Source of the DNA: Ylistrum balloti
Lineage: Eukaryota
Assembly: GCF_031769215.1 (NCBI RefSeq)
Contig: NW_026781915.1
Span: 1,984,001-2,048,000 of the forward strand
Reading direction: 5' to 3'
Length of the DNA: 64,000 bases
In this document: one piece after another, positions 12,968 to 24,900 of the stretch
How positions within the stretch are numbered: position 1 is the stretch's first letter
Layout: each line of letters opens with the position of its first letter
Position numbers and translations under genes: made by a program
The notes under the pieces: model-generated
What the model saw: only the letters and a program-made list of their open reading frames with translations
Databases searched by the model: none
Told to the model about the DNA's origin: nothing

Positions 12968-15900
12968 TCAAGGCTGTATCATATCATCATCACTGTCATC
13001 AAAATCATCTTCATCTACTTCTCCATCTATTGCAGACTTCCTCTTCTTGATAAAAGCGACCAGGAAACCAACAAGTATGATCTGTAAATAATATCAGACA
13101 AATTCAGTGTATTGTAACACAAAGATATCAGACCCTCTGGAGTGTTACTTACCACCTAGATATCAGATCCTATGGAGTGTTACTTAACACCTAGATATCA
13201 GATCCTATGGAGTGTTAATTAACATCTAGATATCAGATCCTAAGGAGTGTTACTTAACACCTAGATATCAGATCCTATGGAGTGTTAATTAACATCTAGA
13301 TATCAGATCCTATGGAGTGTAATGTTACACCTAGATATCAGACCCTTTGGAGTGTAATGTTACACCTAGATATCAGATCCTATGGAGTGTAATGTTACAC
13401 CTAGATATCAGATCATATGGAGTGTAATGTTACACATAGATATCAGATCCTATGGAGTGTAATGTTACACAATGATATCAGATCCTATGGAGTGTTATGT
13501 AACACATAGATATCAGATCCTATGGAGTGTAATGTTACACGTAGATATCAGATCCTATGGAGTGTTATGTAACACCTAGATATCAGATCCTATGAAGTGT
13601 AATGTTACACCTAGATATCAGATCCTATGCAGTGTAATGTAACACCTAGATATCAGATCCTATGGAGTGTAATGTTACACCTAGATATCAGATCCTATGG
13701 AGTGTAATGTTACACCTAGATATCAGATCCAATGGAGTGTAATGTAACACATAGATATCAGATCCTATGCAGTGTAATGTAACACCTAGGTATCAGATCC
13801 TTTGGAGTGTAATGTTACACCTAGATATCAGATCCTATGGAGTGTAATGTTACACCTAGATATCAGATCCAATGGAGTGTAATGTAACACATAGATATCA
13901 GATCATATGGAGTGTAATGTTACACCTAGATATCAGATCATATGGAGTGTAATGTTACACATAGATATCAGATCCTATGGAGTGTAATGTTACACAATGA
14001 TATCAGATCCTATGGAGTGTTATGTAACACATAGATATCAGATCTTATGGAGTGTAATGTTACACATAGATATCAGATCCTATGGAGTGTTAATTAACAC
14101 ATAGATATCAGATCCTATGGAGTGTTAATTAACACGTAGATATCAGATCCTATGGAGTGTTAATTAACACCTAGATATCAGATCCTATGCAGTGTTAATT
14201 AACACGTAGATATTAGATCCCATGGAGTATTAATTAACATCTAGATATCAGATCCTATGGAGTGTTAATTAACACCTAGATATCAGATCCTATGCAGTGT
14301 TAATTAACACGTAGATATCAGATCCAATGGAGTGTAATGTTACACCTAGATATCAGATCCTATGAAGTGTTAATTAACACCTATATATCAGATCCTATGG
14401 AGTGTTAATTAACATCTAGATATCGGATCCTATGGAGTGTTAATTAACATCTAGATATCAGATCCTATGGAGTGTAATGTTACACCTAGATATCAGATCC
14501 TATGGAGTGTTAATTAACACCTAGATATCAGATCCTATGGAGTGTAATGTTACACCTAAATATCAGATCCTATGGAGTGTAATGTTACACCTCGATATCG
14601 GATCCTATGGAGTGTGATGTAATTATACACCATGGAGTGTCAATTAACACCCAAGATATCATAATGATACAAATGAGTACAGAATGATGAATGCATTCAG
14701 TCAAAAGCTGATTTAAAGAAATGAAATAGTCTTCCAAACAACCATGTTCTCTATTAAACTTTTCTACAAAGAACTATGGATGTATTTCACGTAACTGTCA
14801 TGATTTACTCCCAGAAACACCTCTTGTTTTCTACTATATGTTTCCCTACAGAATCATTGAATTAAATGTACTTACTCCCAGGAACACCCAGGTTGTCCAG
14901 TAGTAGGCAGCTCCAAAGAACCACATCTTATAGAAGAATCGGGTAAGTAGAAGAGCCATCCGAGAGATCACACAGCTGGAATTATCTGTAAGAATTCACA
15001 ATCTTTATACATCACAGATTTACGTACAAAATTTGATTTGGACAACACAGTTACAATGTACTATTTAATAAATACTTTGCAAATTAACTTCCATCTCTAA
15101 AATGGCCGCTTTCTGGATTTGCAAAGCCACAGCCTGAAAAACATCATCATTACAATTTTCTTTATTTATTTCATGCAGTAAAGGTAAGTAAACGTTAGTT
15201 CTGATAGCTTTATCTTTATCCATCTTTGCATCATAATACCTGATACCATAGTTAACACATGTACTCTTCAAATAATGAGCCTTTACATTTTATCAGTCTG
15301 TTAAATGTAAACCAATTTTAATTTGTAATGTCATAACAAAATATGAACATAACAAAAAACAAGAGGCCCATGGGTCTTAACAGTTATCTGACATAAAATA
15401 TGAGATTTCAAATTTTGAACTTGAGAAAAAGTCGAAAAAGTGTTTTCAAGATGGCAGCCATGGCGGCCATGTTGGATTTCGGACAAACCCGAATTAACAA
15501 ACTTTGGTCAGGATCATGTCACAATCATTTCAGTTAAGTTTCAGCTCAATGAGACATGTAGACCTTGAGAAGAAGTTGAAAATGTTTACGACGGACAATG
15601 TATGACGGACGACGCAGGACAAAAGGCGATAACAATAAATCATCAGACCCTTCGGTCAGATGACCTAAAAATTCAAAATTCAAATTTAACCTTTGACCCA
15701 ATGATCTCAGGAATATTGAATGGACTCAAAAAGACTCTTTTGCACATCTACATATCAATGTATAAACTTTAAACAAGTGAATCATGAGGGGTTGGTCTTC
15801 TGTATTCAGAGGAAATTTCTGGCAAAGAGCATGCTGATGGACGGACAGACAGGTGGAAAGCTAGATTACTTAAGGTACCATAATGACTGTCATAAATAAA

Positions 15901-18900
15901 TGTTGGTGGATTAATAACTATTAGTAAAAAACAATAACGAATTTCATCCAAAATAGGTTCCTATAAAAACAGTTCAATAGAGCATTCAATACTAACTTAA
16001 TGGCACTGTAACCATACAAATCCTTACTGAACAGTGTTTATACATACGTGCATCAGTGGAGCATATTTCCAATTTGCCATCACTTGTACCGTTGGTTTGC
16101 ACCTACGAAGAATAAATTTCATTTTAATTGAGTTTCATACCATGTAACTTGTTTACATTTCAAAGAAAAAAACAATGACAGTGCATATTGATATACTTGC
16201 CATACTAGGCAAGTAAGATGAAACATTTGCTTTACCCCAATCAAGAATTTTAAAATACACATGTGTACACAGGATGAAAAATTATCTTTTTTCATCAGTT
16301 TTTGTATCATATAGCATGTTTTTACAAAATAAAATCATATACTGCAAAATATATACATAGATAAACTAAAAACCTTTTTAACCTCTTGAAAAATAATTCA
16401 ACATTTTGAGCTCAGGCTTTCTCTGTCATATCATATCTCACCAGCTGACTGAAAATCCAAACACTTTCTAATCTACTGAGTAGAAATTTTGCTGGAAGGG
16501 ATGGTTGAAAGATTTGGAAAGCTAACTGATAATACTTACTGTGTATCTCTGACTACCAAAGCTTGAATATTGGGAAGTGAGTTCAGGACAGAATATAGGT
16601 TATACTTACTGTGTATCTCTGACTACCAAAGTTGGAATATTGGGGAGTGAGGGCATGACTGAGATTAAATAATACTTACTGTGTATCTCTGACTACCAAA
16701 CTTGAATATTGGGAAGTGAGTTCAGGACAGAATGTAGGTTATACTTACTGCATATCTCTGACTACCAAAGCTTGAATATTGGGAAGTGATTAAATAATAC
16801 TTACTGTGTATCTCTGACTACTAAAGCTAGAGTATTGGGGAGTGAGGGCATGACTGAGATTAAATAATACTTACTGTGTATCTCTGACTACTAAAGCTAG
16901 AGTATTGGAGAGTGAGGGCATGACTGAGATTAAATAATACTTACTGTGTATCTCTGACTACTAAAGTTAGAGTATTGGGGAGTGAGGTCATGACTGAGAT
17001 TAAATAATACTTACTGTGTATCTCTGACTACCAAAGCTAGAGTATTGGGGAGTGAGCTCATAAATTATGATGTTGATGGCAGACATGATAAACATGAGAA
17101 TCATGCACAGCATCAGTATCCCCTGGGGACGGGTTCTCCGTGGACGGATCTTATACATCTGTAATTAAGGAAACAGGTTCATAAAGAAAACTTACTATAG
17201 CTGTTACGAGAAAATAACACTCAATAAACTCTTAGCCATAAATTGAAGACTAAAGATTAAAATCTATACTGGTTTTCAAAAAGTACATTTACTATACTGG
17301 TTATCAGAAAGAACAATTACCAGACAAGTTATCAGAGTTCACCTAGAAGTGGTTGTTACCACTAAAATACTTATTTAAGATCAGAAATTGTGAATTTTTC
17401 AGCTTTTACCAAAGCACTTTTATTAGAAATACATTACAGATAATCAACACAGTGATGTCTATAGATTTGATATCTCATCTTGTCCTATTAACAAAAACAT
17501 CATTTATGTTTCTTCTTCCATGGGAAACCGTTAAGTATGTAAAATTACTCTGAGCCAGAAGAACCAGATGCCTATGTTGCGGACACCAGACATGGAGCAG
17601 AACACAAGGTAGACCACCAGCAGAGAGAACATGATATAGTCCAGCGGGAACACCTGACAACAGAACCAAAACATCAAAATCTTCATGAAATAAATCTGTA
17701 GCAGAGGTGGGGAACACTGCTTTTATAAGGCTTATTTCTACAGTTACAATAGTATGTATCGTTGGCTTTATTTACACCTGCATCATATGCAAAGGAATGG
17801 TCCTTGGTGTACATTTTTCAGATAATTTATAGTCTGGAACTTTTGTGTTATATTTGATATCTGCAGGAAACTTTCAATTACAGTACTGATATTACTATTC
17901 ATGATCAATGACGTAAAAACAGTTTTAAGAATCGGTGAGGTATCTCATGAACCATTTATAACTTTCTGTATTGTTTCATTACAAACTTCTTTGTATAGCA
18001 CTTACTTTCTGACAAAACACCAGTACCATATCTACTGGATTAGGAAGAGTTCGATGAGGAAGGGCATACCCAAACTTGTATCCAAGACTATGGAGAGCCT
18101 TGTCTATGCTGCAACATTGTAAAATGTATGTGAACGTCAGATACTGTGCTTAACAGACCAGACTTATTACAAAATCCTATTTCATACTATAAAATTGTAT
18201 ATTTTCATGGGGCTCAATTTCAGTGGTTTTTCAAAAGAAAAAAAATCACTATTTCTTTGACATTTGATTTCATGGATAATTACAGCTGTATGAATGTACT
18301 AATTAATACAGTAGATATATGAATTTGTGGCTAAAAGTACCCAATGATTTCCATTGAACCAATTTGCATTACAGGATTTTATTGTTACATTTTCATTTCG
18401 AATGAAAACTTCTAATGTAATTTCTTATGAAGTAATTCATTTACTCATTTGCAAAGCATTTAGTATCATATTCTTATTTTGACTCATTAAGATTCAGAAA
18501 AATTAGCATTTCAGGCTTAAGACGAGAGTGAACAACCTACTGCATTTCACTGCATGTCTCATTGTTTCAAAAGGTAATATATTATCACAATAGGTGTTAT
18601 GGTGTTTCTTCTATTACCCAACTGAACTTAAATAAAACCAAACCAATAATTTGATAATTGAATACATAATTTGTTAGACCACTGAATGTTGGATAAAACG
18701 GTTGATTAACTGATAGAAGACTAATAAAATAATTGACAAATCAATTCCTTAATACACTTCCAAGAGCATGACAGATTTTTAACAATGATATGGGATTAAT
18801 CTGAAATTAACACCAATCCTCAACTCACTTTGTCAGCAGCAGGGACACAAAGATCAGCAGTGTGACAAGGAAGAAGAGTATCCCAAAAATAACCTCGAAC

Positions 18901-21900
18901 GGGCGGAGAACCACCAGACATCGCTGAAGTATGCTGGTCTCATTAGCAACCAGGTGCTTTTCTCTCCTCTCCATCAGACGTTCCGATTCTTCCATATTAG
19001 AAAGATCATTCCGTCGCCGTGATGACATAGACCTACCGGAATACTGGAGACAGAAAATACAACATGACTGATTAACTAAGTCTAAAAACCAAACAAAGCT
19101 GTAACTAAATCTAAAGGAAATAAGGAATTGTAAAATAATTTTAAAATTAAGCAGACATTCATTATCTACAATTTGTCTTTCCCTGCAAGACTTCGTGATC
19201 TTAAAATTGTTGATGTCACCACGGATGTTCTCATTTTTCCCTTTTCATGTGTTCCTTACAAAGACCTTGACATTTTATAATGACTAAGAAGGTTTTTCCT
19301 GCTAATATATCGTCCTTAGACACAGGGTACCCACCTTGTCTTTGAGCGACTGTATCCTTGATTGAGCAGAAGACCGCTCAGATTGCACAGTCATTCTCTC
19401 TGATTTTGCACCTCTTCTTCCTTTAATCAGACCCATAGGCAAAGCAGACATACCATAAGCCTAATACAGAAAAAAAGACATTCACAATTTTGTTTATGTT
19501 TAATAATGGCTGAGATATCAAACAAATTTAATGACATCACCTCAAATTAAACATTGTTTGAGGTTAGAGCTCAGTGTAAGTCAATACATATAAATGTATC
19601 ATTTGACAAAAAAAATGATGTAAGGTTAAATATGTTGTTAATCACACATTCCCACAGACTGGTTACACTGACTAACTGTGTAGGTGATCACACATTCCCA
19701 CAGACTGGTTATACTGACTTACTGTGTAAGTGACGAGGGCACACATTCCCAACAGGCTAATTATACTGATGACAAAAGACAAGGCATCTTCACCATCTAA
19801 ATGTACAGAAAAAGATACAGGTAGTGAAATATCTGTGATTAGATAAAGTTTCTTTTTCTTAATATATCTATAGGAATCCAACAAGTGTCTATTGCATGAT
19901 ATTATAAAACCATATATGTAATACTGCTGTTTGGAATTGATTTCACATCATAATTTATAATTAAATGAAGTTATAATCTGTCATAGGAGTCAACTGATTA
20001 AAGTCCTTTAATCAACAAGCAGTCAAATCTGAAACAAATTTTATACTGCAAAAATCAAGATTGACCTTATTTTTATCATTTACACTGTAGAACTCTATTT
20101 ATAATGCTGACTAAAGCTCCATCAGGAGAGATGATTAAGGCGGAGGATGAGACTAAAACTCCATCAGGAGTGGTGATTAAGGTGGAGGACGAGACTACAA
20201 CTCCATCAGGAGTGGTTATTAAGGTGGAGGATGAGACTAGAAATCCATCAGCAGAGGTGATTGAGGTGGAGGATGCGACTAGAAATCCATCAGGAGAGGT
20301 GATTAAGGTGGAGGATGAGACTACAACTCCATCAGGAGAGGTGATTAAGGTGGAGGATGAGACTAAAACTCCATCAGGAGTGATGATTAAGGTGGAGGAT
20401 GAGACTACAACTCCATCAGGAGAGGTGATTAAGGTGGAGGATGAGACTACAACTCCATCAGGAGAGGTGATTAAGGTGGAGGATGAGACTAAAACTCCAT
20501 CAGGAGAGGTGATTAAGGTGGAGGATGAGACTACAACTCCATCAGGAGAGGTGATTAAGGTGGAGGATGAGATTAAAGCTCCATCAGGAGAGGTGATTAA
20601 GGTGGAGGATGAGACTAGAAATCCATCAGGAGTGGTGATTAAGGTGGAGGATGAGACTAGAAATCCATCAGGAGTGGTGATTAAGGTGGAGGATGAGACT
20701 ACAACTCCATCAGGAGAGATGATTAAGGTGGAGGATGAGACTACAACTCCATCAGGAGAGGTGATTAAGGTGGAGGATGAGACTAGAAATCCATCAGGAG
20801 AGGTGATTAAGGTGGAGGATGAGACTAGAAATCCATCAGGAGTGGTGATTAAGGTGGAGGATGAGACTAGAAATCCATCAGGAGAGGTGATTAAGGTGGA
20901 GGATGAGACTAGAAATCCATCAGGAGTGGTGATTAAGGTGGAGGATGAGACTAGAAATCCATCAGGAGTGGTGATTAAGGTGGAGGATGAGACTAGAAAT
21001 CCATCAGGAGTGGTGATTAAGGTGGAGGATGACTAGAACTCCATCACTAGAAGACTATCCATCAGGAGTGGTGATTAAGGTGGAGGATGAGACTACAACT
21101 CCATCAGGAGTGGTGATTAAGGTGGAGGATGAGACTACAACTCCATCAGGAGTGGTGATTAAGGTGGAGGATGAGACTACAACTCCATCAGGAGTGGTGA
21201 TTAAGGTGGAGGATGAGACTAGAAATCCATCAGGAGAGGTGATTAAGGTGGAGGATGAGAGATCAGGAGTGGTGATTAAGGTGGAGGATGAGACTAGAAA
21301 TCCATCAGGAGAGGTGATTAAGGTGGAGGATGAGACTAAAGCTCCATCAGGAGTGGTGATTAAGGTGGAGGATGAGACTACAACTCCATCAGGAGTGGTG
21401 ATTAAGGTGGAGGATGAGACTAAAGCTCCATCAGGAGAGGTGATTAAGGTGGAGGATGAGACTAGAAATCCATCAGGAGAGGTGATTAAGGTGGAGGATG
21501 AGACTAGAAATCCATCAGCAGAGGTGATTGAGGTGGAGGATGAGACTACAACTCCATCAGGAGAGGTGATTAAAGTGGAGGATGAGACTAAAGCTCCATC
21601 AGGAGAGGTGATTAAGGTGGAGGATGAGACTAGAAATCCATCAGGAGAGGTGATTAAGGTGGAGGATGAGACTAGAAATCCATCAGGAGAGGTGATTAAG
21701 GTGGAGGATGAGACTACAACTCCATCAGGAGAGATGATTAAGGTGGAGGATGAGACTAGAAATCCATCAGGAGAGGTGATTAAGGTGGAGGATGCGACTA
21801 GAAATCCATCAGGAGAGGTGATTAAGGTGGAGGATGAGACTAGAAATCCATCAGGAGTGGTGATTAAGGTGGAGGATGAGACTAGAAATCCATCAGGAGT

Positions 21901-24900
21901 GGTGATTAAGGTGGAGGATGAGACTAGAAATCCATCAGGAGAGGTGATTAAGGTGGAGGATGAGACTAGAAATCCATCAGGAGTGGTGATTAAGGTGGAG
22001 GATGAGACTAGAAATCCATCAGGAGAGGTGATTAAGGTGGAGGATGAGACTACAACTCCATCAGGAGAGGTGATTAAAGTGGAGGATGAGACTAAAGCTC
22101 CATCAGGAGAGATGATTAAGGTGGACGATGAGACTACAACTCCATCAGGAGAGGTGATTAAGGTGGAGGATGAGACTAAAGCTCCATCAGGAAAGATGAT
22201 TAAGGTGGAGGATGAGACTAGAAATCCATCAGGAGTGATGATTAAGGTGGAGGATAAGGAGAAATCAAACAGGCAATAATACCATACAAGTAACTGATTT
22301 TTCATACTTGATTCATTGGAGTAAGTTCTGTTACTTATCACTTTTAGATTACAACTGATCATCTGGATGTCTCTAAATTGTGCAGGAATTATATATCTAG
22401 TAATTCTGAAGTCTGAACATGACTTATCGAACTTTTACTTCCCAGTATCTTGACAAGAATAAGCTTGAATCAATTGGTAAATCACCATGTACATGAAACA
22501 AAGGGTGTTGATTTGCAGCAATACAGAGAGAGCTAAATATCACGTACAATGTACAAATACTAATTTCATTATCTTTAACTTGAAAACATCTTTGTATATA
22601 GCTTACTGGCAACTTTTGTATATGTGATAAATCTCAGTAAACTGAAATGTGTAAATGATGGTTTTATGGAGGTCATCCAAATAACAAACTGTATTTACCA
22701 TTTGTTGTCAGGTCAGCGAACAGTGCTTCAATCTTCTGGTAGTCAGTAGCATTAGGGTTTGGAGGATTCTTGGTAGGAACAAATGCCCTGAAATTTATGT
22801 GAAAACATTATGAGAAAGTTCTCTTTTCAAGAACTGCATAAGTTCAAAGCTTTTCATGCATGACTCAAATTCTAATGTAAATTGTGTTAAATTTGTAGTC
22901 ACCAATCATACACCAAAGAAGTTCAGGGCTTACACTGTAAACTATATACTACCAACAACATCATTCCATAACATCTTACCCAGAATCACTCTATATTAAC
23001 CTTGACATGTACTATGATTTACCTGAAACCTCTCTATATTTACCTTGACATGTATTACAACTTACCCGGAATCTCTATATTTACCCTGACATGTACTATG
23101 CTTTACCTGAAACCTCTCTATATTTACCTTGATATGTATTACAACATACCCTGACATGTACTATGCTTTACCTGAAACCTCTCTATATTTACCTTGATAT
23201 GTATTACAACATACCCGGAATCTCTATATTTACCCTGGCATGTACTATGCTTTACCTGGAACCTTTCTATATTTACCTTAGCATGTATTTCATCTTACCC
23301 TATCAGTAGAAGGACACCAACAATGATGATGAAAACTACAGTGTACTTCAAAGCTAAACAACATCGCTGAAAAAAACGAAAGATTAAAATTTAAATGAGA
23401 CATTAGTGACAATTCACAATGGACATATACTACTGTATCGTACCAGATATCAAATATTGGCCAATGCTGTAGAATCTATGGTAAAAAAATCCGAAATGAA
23501 ATTGAATCTCTGTCTGCAGATATGTATTTTTCTTATTCTTAAGTAAGTCAAAGTGCCTACAATTTTTGTGCAAATTTTGATAAAAATTCATAAGTAAAAT
23601 TGTCATATTTCTGGAAATACATTACCACAACAAATCATAACTTCAACTTGCAAATTATCACACAAAACTCACACTGTATATCAGTTTTACACTGGTGCCA
23701 TTAAAGACCAAATGACCAGAAATAAATTAATGACAAAATGCAAAATAACAGCCATGGGTAACACTAAATGTCCCAGAACATGATATGGATATAGCCAATA
23801 TAGTCAACCTTGTATGGCAAAGGATCCAGAGTATTAAACGAAAAATGGCCTTCAGGTATAAAGAGATTCAATTACTAAGTAGTTTTCATTAGCATATTTA
23901 ATAGTATTTTTACATTCATTGCAACAATGACTTTTAGTGTAATTTTTTCAAATAAGATGGTACTGTATATTGTATAGATAAATCATTGCACTGAATTCAA
24001 TGTATTATAAGTGAAAATTCCTATAAATGAAAAGTTTTATAACAAACATTTACTACAATGACCGATTACAATTTCAACATAAATTGAATAATTTTACATT
24101 GTATGTAAAACCACATAGTGTCAAGTAAGCCCAAATACTTTACTGGACAGACAGGTGATGGACAAAGCACCACTACATAAATGTAAGGAGAGATAAAACA
24201 TGCTGTACTGGACAGACACATGATGGCTGCACTGGACAGACAGATGATGGACAAAGCACCACGTAGTAAATGTAAGATAAGCCAAATGACACTTAAGAAA
24301 AATACTTACCGACTTGTCACTGGTCTCTTCATCCTTTTCCTCATAAAAGAAGTACATGAATGGAAGCAGTATAAACAGACAGAAAGTCACCAAGCCGTAC
24401 AATGCTGTCAAGAAAGAAATACATTAATCAATATCATCATATTCTTGGGAAGTGAAAATATAGGAATACCCTATATGGCATGAATTCAGAGGGCATTGTT
24501 GTGGTTCAAAGACAATTCTTGAATTTAATGTTGGAATTCACTAGATACAGTTAACATCAAGCCTAATCATCTTCAGAATTCTGGATTAAAGAAATAATAT
24601 TCATTACATATTATTTGTTAACTTTCTTAATTGTACTCAGAATCTTTACAAAAAAACAAAAAAAAACACGACAACTTTTCTGTTTTGTTTTTTGTGTGTT
24701 TTTTTTCTTGGGTTCAGGGCTTCTTCCAGAGGCTCCGTGGAGCCTAATATAGGCCAAATTCCTAATTGGATTATTGGATCTACGTCATACAATGGCCCAT
24801 TTTCCAAAATATATAATTACTTCCTTCCCAGCTGATTAACTCTCTTCTCAAAATGAAATATAATGGTGGTAATCTCACTGAACATCATGTGGGGGGAACA

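Noticed and set aside
16021-16047. Alternative donor TCA|gtaag at 16027 for LMBRD1 exon 12
   Set aside because: It is phase 0, which puts the next exon out of frame with an early stop. The phase-1 donor at 16047 restores the conserved C-terminal sequence.
13120-22260. Regular short repeats that superficially resemble CRISPR arrays
   Set aside because: The units are contiguous with no unique spacers, there are no cas genes, and the context is eukaryotic introns.
21055-22362. 435-aa minus-strand ORF (SSTLITSPDGFLVS)n as an LMBRD1 exon or separate gene
   Set aside because: It is the mirror frame of the 42-bp array. LMBRD1 exons 5 and 6 already join in frame without it.
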